DNA from: an uncultured bacterium
GTDB lineage: Bacteria; Patescibacteriota; Minisyncoccia; Moranbacterales; UBA2206
Direction: 5' to 3'
DNA: 64,000 nt
NCBI GenBank assembly: GCA_903831805.1
Contig: CAIKZD010000014.1
Span: 2,078-66,077 of the forward strand
In this document: positions 54,935 through 64,000 of the stretch, one piece after another
Layout of the letters: every line of letters starts with the position of its first letter
Numbering within the stretch: the stretch's first letter is position 1
Position numbers and translations under genes: made by a program
The notes under the pieces: model-generated
The model's input: the letters and a program-made list of their open reading frames with translations, nothing else
Database searches by the model: none
What the model was told of the DNA's origin: nothing

Positions 54935-55546
54935 ATGCGAAAAATAATAACTACAACTTTCCTGTCGCTGGACGGCGTGATGCAGGCGCCGGGCGGACCA
55001 GAAGAAGACACTGTAGGAGGTTTTAAGTACGGGGGTTGGACATTCAGTTATTGGGACGAAATGATGGGCGGCGTCATGGGCGGCTTCATCGATCTCCCCT
55101 TCGAGCTGCTACTAGGAAGAAAGACCTATGATATTTTCGCGGGCTATTGGCCGGACGCGAAGGACGATTTTCAAATTAAGGAAAAATTTAACGCCAACAA
55201 GAAATATGTTGTCTCTCACAATAAACTTGAGCTTGCTTGGAACAACTCGGAACTGATTACAGGCGACGTGGTGAAAAAAATTCAAGATTTAAAAAGTCAG
55301 GATGGTCCTGATTTGTGGGTGCATGGCAGTGGCAACCTCATTCAGACTCTTCTAGCCGAGCAGCTCATTGACCGCATGCACGTATGGCTTTTCCCAGTGA
55401 CCATTGGCCAAGGCAAAAGACTTTTTGCAGAAGGCACACTGGCGCAAGGGCTAAAGTTAGTGGAAACCAAAACTGCTTCCACCGGGGTAATCATTGCGAC
55501 CTACGAGCCAGCCGGCGAACTCAAAACCGGCACGATAGGGAGTTAG
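54935..55546 (+). CDS. dihydrofolate reductase-like (RibD C-terminal domain family) protein
   Basis: MRKIITTTFLSLDGVMQAPGGPEE...LWVHGSGNLIQTLL. Confidence 0.7.
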   Translation: MRKIITTTFLSLDGVMQAPGGPEEDTVGGFKYGGWTFSYWDEMMGGVMGGFIDLPFELLLGRKTYDIFAGYWPDAKDDFQIKEKFNANKKYVVSHNKLELAWNNSELITGDVVKKIQDLKSQDGPDLWVHGSGNLIQTLLAEQLIDRMHVWLFPVTIGQGKRLFAEGTLAQGLKLVETKTASTGVIIATYEPAGELKTGTIGS

Positions 55547-55610
55547 GGGTGAAGTCGAAGACGATCATCGACTTGCTATTTAGGACCATTGCGTGAGTCA
55601 AAAAAATTAC

Positions 55611-55672
55611 GTAATTAATTACGTAATTTTTTCGTTTGGCGCGTGTATGCAAGAATGCGTAACTTATTTTTC
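55611..55672 (+). promoter_or_regulatory. promoter-like repeat with doubled TTACGTAA (copy 2), no downstream + strand ORF
   Basis: attacgtaattaattacgtaattttttcgtttggcgcgtgtatgcaagaatgcgtaacttattttt. Confidence 0.4.
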
Positions 55673-55682
55673 TTAGAATGGT

Positions 55683-56129
55683 TTAGAATCCGGCAGGTAC
55701 TTGGGTAACATTGCCTTGGCTATCGACAACGACAGCTGTATCGTCACCGATGTTCGACTCTGTGTTGCCTTGATCATCTCCCAAAAATTTGTCGATGAAA
55801 TAAAGCTGCTCTCCAGACTTGAGTGTGTAGGACTGGTCGTGGTACTTCGCTTCCTCCGCCTTCAAGTTAATTTGCACCGTGCCGTCCGGCAAGACCTTTT
55901 TTTCCATCTTGAATCCAGCCAGCGCAGCAGTGGCATCAGCGCTTAAGGTGTCTCCGGATATTAGATAGGCATTTTTGAAATAGGACTGGTCAGAAAACTT
56001 CACCATTGTAGATGATGCCGATAATTGAGATGACGTTTTTGTGGGGGTGGGATTATTGCTGGCTGTTTGACCACAACCTGACAGCACTAGCGCCACAACC
56101 GGCACAATGATCCAAAGTAATTTTTTCAT
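55683..56129 (-). CDS. hypothetical lipoprotein
   Basis: MKKLLWIIVPVVALVLSGC has a signal peptide plus lipobox. Confidence 0.6.
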   Translation of the reverse strand: MKKLLWIIVPVVALVLSGCGQTASNNPTPTKTSSQLSASSTMVKFSDQSYFKNAYLISGDTLSADATAALAGFKMEKKVLPDGTVQINLKAEEAKYHDQSYTLKSGEQLYFIDKFLGDDQGNTESNIGDDTAVVVDSQGNVTQVPAGF

Positions 56130-56221
56130 AGTGATTATACGTTTAAATATTAGACAGCGTCTTATTGCTGTATATTACATTACTAGCTAAGGATTATTCT
56201 GTTATATTCGCCAATATTTTT

Positions 56222-56584
56222 CTAGTCTTGATACTCCTCTTTTTTTGGCTCGAAGTGATTAATGGCCGCGCCGACCAGTGAGAGCACCAAGCTGAAAATC
56301 AGGGCCCACCCGAAACTTTTCACATAGAAACCGTGCACCAAGCTACTGGCGAGCATAACGAGCGCGGCATTGATGACCAAGGTGAAAAGGCCAAGGGTCA
56401 AAAGTTGTATCGGTAAAGTTAGGATAATCAGGATCGGTCTGATGATGCTATTTAGAAATCCTAGAACGACCGCTACTACCAGCGCCGTAAAAAAGCTTTG
56501 TACGAAAATCGCTTCAGTAGGCAATAGATAGGCCGTAATAATGATGGCCAAGGCATAGAGCAGCCAACGCATGATAATTCTCAT
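56222..56584 (-). CDS. DUF360/holin-4-like four-TM membrane protein
   Basis: FLNSIIRPILIILTLPIQLLTLGLFTLVINAALV pattern. Confidence 0.55.
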   Translation of the reverse strand: MRIIMRWLLYALAIIITAYLLPTEAIFVQSFFTALVVAVVLGFLNSIIRPILIILTLPIQLLTLGLFTLVINAALVMLASSLVHGFYVKSFGWALIFSLVLSLVGAAINHFEPKKEEYQD

Positions 56585-56694
56585 AGTTTTTTTATTATAT
56601 TTATATCCCGAGTATAATACATAATCGCCTCAAACACAAAAAATCGGTCAGAGAATCCTCGCTGGGAAGCCCTGACCATTTACAACGTCTTGGA

Positions 56695-57048
56695 TTAGAA
56701 CCTTCGCCTTGGAGAGTTGAAGCGTGAAGAGGAAAATCTTGACGGCCCATCAAAATCTGACCGATGACCAAAGTCCCCTTCTCTACCCATGCGATCGAAA
56801 TCCATTCTCCCGTGACCAAAGTCCATTCTCCTGCCGTCAAATCTCCCTCGATCAAAGCCCCCTTGTCTATGACCAAAGTTCATTGGCCTATCATGGCTAA
56901 AGTTTCTGCCTCCTTGTTGAAAGGTTTGACTGCGCATATTATTCATGCCACCACTATGCATACCGCCACCATGGCCGCCGCCATAGGCTAGCGCCGACCC
57001 CGCTCCAGCTATGAACATAACTAAAAAGAACATGATAATTTTTTTCAT
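56695..57048 (-). CDS. small secreted Gly/His/Arg-rich repeat protein
   Basis: Signal peptide MKKIIMFFLVMFIAGAGSALA, then GGGHGGGMHSGG and repeated (M/R)DFGH(G/R) / FD(R/G)(G/M) units. Confidence 0.5.
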   Translation of the reverse strand: MKKIIMFFLVMFIAGAGSALAYGGGHGGGMHSGGMNNMRSQTFQQGGRNFSHDRPMNFGHRQGGFDRGRFDGRRMDFGHGRMDFDRMGREGDFGHRSDFDGPSRFSSSRFNSPRRRF

Positions 57049-57307
57049 ACTCTCCCTCCCGCGTTATTTTTCGTTTGACCATTCCTCTATTACGCCGTGC
57101 CTCCTTAGGCACTCAAATTGATTTGTGCTAAATTGGTCAACCAAATAGCACTCCTCGTCACATAATACAACAGCCGCACTTGAATATTCTAAAAAACCGC
57201 TTATCATGGCGTCCGTTTGACAAGAGCTCGGATGCGCGTTAAGATTGGCTACTTACTTGAGCTCTGCAAAATAAAAATAATTTCGACCTAACACAGTAGT
57301 AATAAAC

Positions 57308-59446
57308 ATGAAAACAGTCACCCGAAAAATCAGTTCCATCCTTAAATTAATCCTAAGAGAAGTCCTATTGATTTCTGCCTACGTTTTTGTGATGCTCATT
57401 CTCATAGCCGGCGGCGTGTTCACCTATCTCATGATCAGGACCCCGCTCGGTGGCAACCTCTACACTAGAAATATCGCCCAAACCAGCTTTATCTATGACC
57501 GCACCGGTACGCATATTTTGTACGAGATGCACGGCGAGGAGAATCGGACTATCGTGACGCACAGTGAAATTCCGGACACTATGCGGATTGCCACCGTAGC
57601 CACCGAGGACGAAAATTTTTACCAACATCCGGGCGTCGATCCGACCGCCATTCTCCGCGCGTTGAAAGTCGACTTTGAGAGCGGCACTTCGTCCCAAGGC
57701 GCTTCCACCATCACCCAGCAATTGGCCCGGAACGCATTCCTCAGCCGCGACAAAACCATCCAACGAAAAATTATGGAAGCCGTCTATGCGGTTAAGATTG
57801 AACGCAAATATAGTAAAGATGAAATTCTGGACGCCTATCTTAATCAAGTGCCATATGGTTCTAATGCTTATGGCATCGAGGCGGCGGCGGAAACTTATTT
57901 TGGAAAACCGGCTAAAAATTTAACCTTGGACGAAGCAGCCCTCATCGCCGCCCTAACGAAAGCACCCACTTTTTATTCGCCATACGGCGAGCATAAAGCG
58001 GCACTTCTCGCGCGGCAAAAACAGATTCTCATAAAGATTGCCACTTTGAAATTAGCTAGTCAAGCTTCAGTGACAGTAGCAGCCTCACAAAATACTTTGC
58101 AAAAAATTATCCCCTTTACCCAACAAATCACGGCGCCGCATTTCGTTTTCTATGTCAAAGACCAATTGGAAAAGCAGTACGGCCAAAAAATCATGCAACA
58201 AGGCGGCCTTAAGATCTACACCACACTGGATTATGACAAACAAAAACTGGCTGAACAAATCTTACAAGGCAGTGATGCGACACTGAAGCAATATGGCGCC
58301 GGGAATGCCGCGCTGGTAGCGATTGATCCGAAAAACGGCCAGATTTTGGCGATGGTTGGCAGCAAAAATTATTTTGATTCGGGAATAGATGGCCAGGTGA
58401 ATGTCGCCACCAGTCCACGCCAACCAGGCTCCTCTTTTAAGCCCTTCGTTTATGCTAAAGCCTTTGAAGATGGCTACCAACCGGAAACTTTAGTGCTGGA
58501 TGCTCCCACTGATTTCGGACCGGATGGTTCAGGCAAAGATTATGTCCCCCACAATTATGACAGTAAGTTCCATGGCGTGGTTTCAATGCGCCAAGCGCTG
58601 GCGATGTCCCTCAATGTCCCAGCGATAAAAACCCTCCGCCAAGTCGGGGTGGACGCAGCTTTGGAAATGGCGCATCGCCTCGGCATCACCACTCTCAATG
58701 ATCGCAACCGCTATGGATTGTCACTGGTCATTGGTGGCGGCGAAGTGACCCTCCTAGACGAGACTTCCGGCTTTTCCGTCTTTGCCAATGACGGAAAAAG
58801 AAATCCGGTCGATCCCATCTTGAAAATTGTCGATAACTTTGGCCGTGTTATCCGAACTAACCAAGCCCCTAACCTGCCGGTACTCGACCCGCAAATCGCC
58901 CGGAAGATTGATTCCATTTTGTCTGACAACGCTGCGCGAGTGCCAATTTTCGGACCGAATAATAAACTGTTCATTCCCGGCCGAACGGTGGCCGCCAAAA
59001 CTGGTACCACGCAAGAATTTCATGACGCTTGGACAGTCGGCTTCACCCCTGACATCGCCGTGGGCGTGTGGGCCGGCAATAATGATAATTCTCCCATGCG
59101 AGCCGGCGCCGATGGATCTTTTGTCGCGGCGCCGATTTGGAACAAATTCATGTCACAAGTCCTAGGAAATTATCCCAATGAAGATTTTATCGCCTATACT
59201 AAATCCGCCACCGATCTATCATCCACCTCGCAGCAGCTAGCTGATGCTTCGCAGCAGCAAGTCAAAATTACTTATTTTAAAATTGCCAGCGGCAAAAAAA
59301 TTTCTGCCGAAAAAGCTAGCAAGCTCGATGCCGATAAGGTGAGAAAACAAATAGAGTTCGTCACTGCTGATGGCAGCACTACTCCTGTTGATCTTTCCAA
59401 TACCGATTCTGGCGCAGTTTATAGCTCGGGCGTCCCTGTTTTCTAA
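57308..59446 (+). CDS. class A penicillin-binding protein (PBP1A: glycosyltransferase + transpeptidase)
   Basis: N-terminal TM, GT51 motifs EDENFYQHPGVD and RKIMEA, and transpeptidase SSFKP (SxxK), SLN, KTGT motifs. Confidence 0.88.
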   Translation: MKTVTRKISSILKLILREVLLISAYVFVMLILIAGGVFTYLMIRTPLGGNLYTRNIAQTSFIYDRTGTHILYEMHGEENRTIVTHSEIPDTMRIATVATEDENFYQHPGVDPTAILRALKVDFESGTSSQGASTITQQLARNAFLSRDKTIQRKIMEAVYAVKIERKYSKDEILDAYLNQVPYGSNAYGIEAAAETYFGKPAKNLTLDEAALIAALTKAPTFYSPYGEHKAALLARQKQILIKIATLKLASQASVTVAASQNTLQKIIPFTQQITAPHFVFYVKDQLEKQYGQKIMQQGGLKIYTTLDYDKQKLAEQILQGSDATLKQYGAGNAALVAIDPKNGQILAMVGSKNYFDSGIDGQVNVATSPRQPGSSFKPFVYAKAFEDGYQPETLVLDAPTDFGPDGSGKDYVPHNYDSKFHGVVSMRQALAMSLNVPAIKTLRQVGVDAALEMAHRLGITTLNDRNRYGLSLVIGGGEVTLLDETSGFSVFANDGKRNPVDPILKIVDNFGRVIRTNQAPNLPVLDPQIARKIDSILSDNAARVPIFGPNNKLFIPGRTVAAKTGTTQEFHDAWTVGFTPDIAVGVWAGNNDNSPMRAGADGSFVAAPIWNKFMSQVLGNYPNEDFIAYTKSATDLSSTSQQLADASQQQVKITYFKIASGKKISAEKASKLDADKVRKQIEFVTADGSTTPVDLSNTDSGAVYSSGVPVF

Positions 59447-59539
59447 ATTCTAGCTCCAGACATATCTTTGCTTATATAGCCACTTGAAAAATAGGCTCTC
59501 TCTGGTATACTATATCAAAAGCAACATAGCCTGATCCAT

Positions 59540-61150
59540 ATGGGCAAAAGCACAAAAAAAACTCTCCCTTCTGTCAGCAAACAATTAGCTTCTTTCTCCA
59601 GGCTCAAACCAAACCCAGCCATCAAGCTTGACCGATCTGGCCAGATTATCTTTGACAATGCAACCTTTGAGAAATCCAGACAATATTTATCAGCGACCAA
59701 CAGACTGCTCCGCCTATCCCAGCAGTCAGATTCAAAAAAAGAATACCTTAATAATGTAACGATCTATATCAAAAAAATCAGCCGGTGTAACCATATCGGC
59801 ATCCGCGTCCGCAGCGAAGATGGCGCTATCCCCTACAACTCAACTATCGGATTCAGCTATGATTTTCATCGATCAGAGAATGAGCTTGTCTTGGCCAAAG
59901 ACAACTGCATCTGCATCCGAGTCATTGCCGGCAAACATGAACCACAAGACAAAGCCGCCATGACTCGCTTCGGCTCATTTTACACCGGCGACAGCTTGAA
60001 CTATATTTCCAATCTTAAAGACCACGAACAAAAAAGGTTCCGCGGGAAATGCATTCGTTGCGGCTTAACCTCTCTCGCTGTCATCCCCATCCGCATGAAG
60101 AAGAAAATCATCGGCGCTATCCATCTAGCCGACGAAAAACCTGATCTTCTCACGTTGGAAAAAATTGAATTTATCGAATCCCTGACATCTGTGATTGGCG
60201 AAGGCATTGAGAAGTTCACGGCGTCTGATGGTCTCAGGGAAAGTGAAATGAAATATCGAGAATTGGTCGAAAATGCCAATAGTATTATCTTGCGCCTGGA
60301 TACTGCCGGAAACATCGTTTTCTTCAATGAATTTGCGGAAAGATTTTTCGGATACAAAAAAGAAGAAATCATCGGCCGCAACTCCATAGGCACGATTATC
60401 CCCAAAAAGGAATCCTCGGGCCGTGACCTCGGAAACATGATTAAAAGCCTCCTAAAAAATCCACTGAAGTATGCCCGCAATGAAAATGAAAATATCAAAA
60501 AGAACGGCGAACGAGCCTGGATAATCTGGCGCAATAAGGCCCTCTACGACAAGGAAGGTCGCATAGAAGGCATTCTCTCGGTCGGCAATGATAATACAGA
60601 AAGAAAAGTTCGCGAGGAACAGCTACTCGAATCGTACAAGCACCTAGGGACCATCAATCGCAAAATATCTTTCCTGGCAGAACTGAACCAGTTGACCATA
60701 AAACATAAACACAACAAGAAAGTCGTTTCAGAAAGGATGCTGCGTCCCCTGCTCAATTTCACCGGTGCGAGCTTTGGAGCGCTTTTCAAGTATGATGAAG
60801 AAAAAACTAAAACTTTTAGAGTGTTAGCCAGCGTCAATGCGGAACATTATACCGCACCCTCCAATATTGAAATAACCGCCAAAGACACGCGCAAGATTAT
60901 GAAAATGTTTACCTGCCATAAATATTGTCTGCGGGAACATTGCCGCAATCTGCCACTCGGGAAACTCAGTCTTCAAAAAAAATTGAACTACTGCATGATG
61001 ATACCCTTTAATTGGGAGAATAAACTTAAGGCTTTTATCTTTTTGGGCTTTGAAAGCAAAAAGGATTTTTCCAGCCAAGACATCGAATTTTTGAATATTT
61101 TTTCCACTTATTCCGCGGCCCTGCTTATCAACACCAAGGTCTTCAAATAA
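59540..61150 (+). CDS. PAS/GAF-domain sensor protein without recognisable output domain
   Basis: Central PAS (ILRLDTAGNIVFFNEFAERFFGYKKEEIIGRNSIGTIIP...ERAWIIWRNKALYDKEGRIEGILSVGNDNTERK) flanked by GAF-like regions. No HisKA/HATPase or GGDEF motifs. Confidence 0.6.
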   Translation: MGKSTKKTLPSVSKQLASFSRLKPNPAIKLDRSGQIIFDNATFEKSRQYLSATNRLLRLSQQSDSKKEYLNNVTIYIKKISRCNHIGIRVRSEDGAIPYNSTIGFSYDFHRSENELVLAKDNCICIRVIAGKHEPQDKAAMTRFGSFYTGDSLNYISNLKDHEQKRFRGKCIRCGLTSLAVIPIRMKKKIIGAIHLADEKPDLLTLEKIEFIESLTSVIGEGIEKFTASDGLRESEMKYRELVENANSIILRLDTAGNIVFFNEFAERFFGYKKEEIIGRNSIGTIIPKKESSGRDLGNMIKSLLKNPLKYARNENENIKKNGERAWIIWRNKALYDKEGRIEGILSVGNDNTERKVREEQLLESYKHLGTINRKISFLAELNQLTIKHKHNKKVVSERMLRPLLNFTGASFGALFKYDEEKTKTFRVLASVNAEHYTAPSNIEITAKDTRKIMKMFTCHKYCLREHCRNLPLGKLSLQKKLNYCMMIPFNWENKLKAFIFLGFESKKDFSSQDIEFLNIFSTYSAALLINTKVFK

Positions 61151-61180
61151 AAACTCACACAACGGACGTTGCATAATTCT

Positions 61181-61726
61181 TTACCGGCGGCGGAAATAAA
61201 GTTTCCCGCGATGGAGCAAAAGAAGCACGAAAATGGCCCCTGTAACGCCATAAAGCCAAAGCATAAAAACGCTTCTTGAGTCCGTACCGATAAAAAAGCC
61301 ATGCGCTATGGCTAAGACGAATAACGGATATACCAAAAAATGCAGCGTGCGCCACCAAGCTGAACGCTGCCAGCGGCCAACAAGAGAGCTCACCATTACA
61401 ATCAGGACCAGATACATTCCTACCGTGCCGAAGGCGGCGAAGAATGGTTGGTAACTGGTATGGAATGGGATCAACACATCCGCCAGACTGAATGGTAAAA
61501 GATTATCAAATAGCAGTGACCCGATGTGCGTAAGTAGCGCCACAGCGAAAGAAATCCCCAAATATTTATGCACCAACCACGCGCGTGGCGGGGTAATAAA
61601 TTTATAAGCCACACCGCTGGCCATGCTTTCGCCCATAACAATCTGCAGAAACAGCAGGATATAGGCCGTAATCGCCGCGGCGCGGGTGATGTACCAAGGC
61701 AAATTGTTGATAATAGTATCTGACAT
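61181..61726 (-). CDS. ferric-reductase-like transmembrane (di-heme, FRD) domain protein
   Basis: Six TM helices with paired His (HKYLG...LTHIGS; HFLVYPL...IAHGF) typical of the NOX/FRE/MsrQ TM domain. Confidence 0.6.
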   Translation of the reverse strand: MSDTIINNLPWYITRAAAITAYILLFLQIVMGESMASGVAYKFITPPRAWLVHKYLGISFAVALLTHIGSLLFDNLLPFSLADVLIPFHTSYQPFFAAFGTVGMYLVLIVMVSSLVGRWQRSAWWRTLHFLVYPLFVLAIAHGFFIGTDSRSVFMLWLYGVTGAIFVLLLLHRGKLYFRRR

Positions 61727-61794
61727 AAATTATTTCAAAAATATTTATAACCATCTTCCGACATTTTTCCTCCCCTTAAATTCTAGCACAGAAA

Positions 61795-62781
61795 TCAGGA
61801 TGTTCTGGTTTTTCTCACCGGCAAGGCAACTGTGGCCGGAACTTGTGCGGCGCTGGGCGCAGAAACAGTCACGGGTGAAATCTCTCCTACGGGCGCAGCA
61901 GCCGAAGAATTTAAATCGGCCGTTGGAACATTGCTATCGACCACTGTTGCACTCTTTGCCGCTTGCTGGATAAAATAGAACGGCACCAGAAAAACTAGCG
62001 CCGCAAACCCGACCGCATAAATAGTATTGCGTAATTTCGCGTACCAACCATCATCCGGTATCATAGAGAATGCTTCCATTTCAATCTGGGAAGCCTGCAC
62101 ACCAATACTCTGCAAATTTTCCGTCATCGCGCGGATAAAGTTCGGCGGGCCACAGATGAAAAAAGTTTTTCCATAAACGTGGCCGATAAAATTTTGGATA
62201 ACCTCAGGGTCCAAGCGCCGGTTCAACACTCCGGCCGTTTCATAGGGCAACTTTTCATCCGTTATATTGAAAAGGGTGCGAATATTTTTGTTTTCTTTCT
62301 CCAATTCCAGAAGTTCTTCTAAAAATAACGCCGAGCGAAGCGTACGATTACTGTATAGTAGCGTAAGATGATTGGACAGGCGCTGCGCCGTGGCGTAACG
62401 CAAAGCGCTGATAAAAGGCGTGATGCCTACGCCGCCAGCCAAAAAAACCAAGTCTGTATGCTTCTCTTTTTTAAAAGTGAACTTACCATAAGGCCCCTCC
62501 ACAAAAATTTCTGTTCCAACTGACAACTGCGCCAGCCCGGTTGTGAAAGCGCCGCCCAATCTGATGCCTAGGCGGATAGAGCCGTTTTCCGTAGGCGAAC
62601 TGGCGATGGAAAAAGTGTGTCTTTGCGTAAGGTTACCATTTGCGTCTTTGTAGCAAATCATTGCGTATTGTCCCGGAACGAAATCAAAAACTGGGATTCC
62701 GCGCACATCCCCCAGTTCTAAAATTATCGTATCTTCCTCATTTTTCGTGATTTTTTTGATATAATACCTGTATTCGTGCAT
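61795..62781 (-). CDS. FNR-like FAD/NAD(P)H-binding oxidoreductase domain protein with C-terminal TM helix
   Basis: RHTFSIAS (RxYS FAD), GGVGITP (NAD), CGPP; a C-terminal TM helix; and a P/A/S/V-rich tail. Confidence 0.65.
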   Translation of the reverse strand: MHEYRYYIKKITKNEEDTIILELGDVRGIPVFDFVPGQYAMICYKDANGNLTQRHTFSIASSPTENGSIRLGIRLGGAFTTGLAQLSVGTEIFVEGPYGKFTFKKEKHTDLVFLAGGVGITPFISALRYATAQRLSNHLTLLYSNRTLRSALFLEELLELEKENKNIRTLFNITDEKLPYETAGVLNRRLDPEVIQNFIGHVYGKTFFICGPPNFIRAMTENLQSIGVQASQIEMEAFSMIPDDGWYAKLRNTIYAVGFAALVFLVPFYFIQQAAKSATVVDSNVPTADLNSSAAAPVGEISPVTVSAPSAAQVPATVALPVRKTRTS

Positions 62782-62904
62782 AATGTTTACTCTCAGAATA
62801 GCTTAATTATTCTCCTAGTACAAGAGACCCGGCGGAATTATTCAGTCCGTCTTTCGACCTATCTGACACCGAAATATTTTTATGTTTATGCTATACTAAG
62901 GCAT

Positions 62905-63762
62905 ATGAAAAAAAGCTTGCTTATTATTTTGACGGTAGTTTTACTTTTGACCTTTTTCTGGTGGTCGAAAAATAAACCGGCCAAAAATGTTTCGCCGGCA
63001 GCACCTATTCCCGCCCAGACCACCCAGGAAGCTCTTCCGACGGAAAAAATAGCGCCGGAAAATTTACGCGCTAAACTCCAGACTGAATTTCAGCATGCGA
63101 CGCCCAAAGTCTGGAGTGAACAAGCACCAGGCGTCGAAACTAAATTACCAACCCAAAACAAAGTACTAGCTCTCACTTTTGACGCTTGTGGTGGCACAGG
63201 CAGCGACGGCTATGACGCCAAATTGATTGATTTCCTGACTGAAGAAAAAATTCCCGCCACCCTTTTCATTAACGGCCAGTGGCTGGCGACTAATGCCGAT
63301 AATTTTCAAAAAATAGCCGCCGATCCCCTCTTTGAAATTGAGAATCACGGCACCAACCATATCCCCTGTTCAGCCAACGGACATTCAGCCTACAACATTA
63401 CCGGCACAAAAAATATTAGCGCGATGATTGATGAAATGGATTTGAACGCCCAAAAAATCGAAAGTCTGACGGGTAAGAAGCCACTTTTCTACCGCAGTGC
63501 CACCGCATTCACCGATGAAATTTGTCCGCAAGTCGCGCATCAGTTGGGCTATACTGTCGTGAGCTTCAATGTTCTAGGCGATGCAGGCGCCACCTATTCC
63601 GCTGCCCAAATTGAAAAAGTCCTCCTGGCCGCCCCGCCCGGCGCCATCATCATCTTGCACATGAACCACCCGGAAAAAGACACGGCCGAAGGCGTGATGC
63701 AAGTTGTGCCAAAATTGCAAAAAGCTGGTTTTAAATTTGTGAAACTGGAAGATTATCGATAA
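62905..63762 (+). CDS. polysaccharide deacetylase (NodB/CE4) family protein, signal-anchored
   Basis: MKKSLLIILTVVLLL anchor, LTFDACGG (TFDD-like motif 1) and HGTNH (motif 2). Confidence 0.7.
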   Translation: MKKSLLIILTVVLLLTFFWWSKNKPAKNVSPAAPIPAQTTQEALPTEKIAPENLRAKLQTEFQHATPKVWSEQAPGVETKLPTQNKVLALTFDACGGTGSDGYDAKLIDFLTEEKIPATLFINGQWLATNADNFQKIAADPLFEIENHGTNHIPCSANGHSAYNITGTKNISAMIDEMDLNAQKIESLTGKKPLFYRSATAFTDEICPQVAHQLGYTVVSFNVLGDAGATYSAAQIEKVLLAAPPGAIIILHMNHPEKDTAEGVMQVVPKLQKAGFKFVKLEDYR

Positions 63763-63770
63763 CTTCAACC

Positions 63771-63816
63771 TAAAGCTCGGCTTTAGGAATTTCCTAAAGC
63801 CGAGCTTTAGGTTTAG
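63771..63816. terminator. 21-bp perfect inverted repeat (bidirectional terminator-like) after deacetylase gene
   Basis: cctaaagctcggctttaggaa tt tcctaaagccgagctttagg. Confidence 0.5.
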
Positions 63817-63898
63817 CGGAGCCCCCTTCCCTTTTTCTGTCAAATGCGCTAGAATAAAAACTCAGTGCATTTTTTCATAAAAATTTATCTCTAAAATA

Positions 63899-64000
63899 AT
63901 GGCCACTAATGACGTTGCAGTAAGATTTAATACCGTTTCTTTCGAATATCGGAAAGACAAACCCATCCTGGATGAAGTGTCTTTTGCGCTCCGCCAAGGC
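63899..64000 (+). CDS. ABC transporter ATP-binding protein, N-terminus only (runs off window)
   Basis: MATNDVAVRFNTVSFEYRKDKPILDEVSFALRQG. Confidence 0.6.
   Translation, partial: MATNDVAVRFNTVSFEYRKDKPILDEVSFALRQG

Noticed and set aside
56764-56991. 75-aa + strand ORF overlapping the His/Gly-rich gene
   Set aside because: The minus-strand frame has a canonical signal peptide and coherent repeat units. The + frame is the mirror low-complexity translation.

Overview
This is a 64-kb, low-GC, gene-dense bacterial fragment that looks like Candidate Phyla Radiation/Patescibacteria. The evidence is an S10-spc ribosomal cluster with no L30 gene between S5 and L15, a Z-type zinc S14, lysine-rich extensions on L22 and S19, weak Shine-Dalgarno sites and a small metabolic repertoire.

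- **1-14 kb, mostly minus strand: hydrogen-metabolism island.** It carries [NiFe]-hydrogenase small and large subunits with a membrane zinc-metalloprotease gene between them. Downstream are desulfoferrodoxin, a Zn-site-less HypA-like ORF and GAPDH. Upstream are HypC/HypD/HypE, a minimal HypF on the opposite strand, and a NuoE/NuoF/[FeFe]-hydrogenase-like module whose H-cluster domain has a degenerate proton-relay motif.
- **14-33 kb: core genes.** fba, tpiA, galT, a GT2, ruvX, map, adk, secY and the spc/S10 ribosomal operons through tuf.
- **33.7-38.3 kb: a 1533-aa cell-surface protein gene.** A (GA)8 tract sits between an out-of-frame ATG and the signal-peptide coding region, a classic slipped-strand phase-variation arrangement.
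- **39-50 kb: core genes.** fusA-rpsG-rpsL, rpmB, ndk, recA, rodZ and ftsK.
- **51-57 kb: accessory-looking stretch.** It starts at tRNA-Asn(GTT) and includes a Fic-fold protein with a degenerate QPFEDGNKR motif and hypothetical proteins with their own sigma70-like promoters.
- **Right end.** PBP1A, a PAS/GAF sensor, a split FNR/ferric-reductase (NOX-like) pair, a polysaccharide deacetylase and a truncated ABC ATPase.

Several families of small palindromic repeats are scattered through the window. Four are inserted in-frame inside coding sequences (three in hypF, one in a flavoprotein gene). A ~165-bp structured element occurs in three copies, each abutting the 5' end of a minus-strand gene. 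No rRNA genes or CRISPR arrays were seen.
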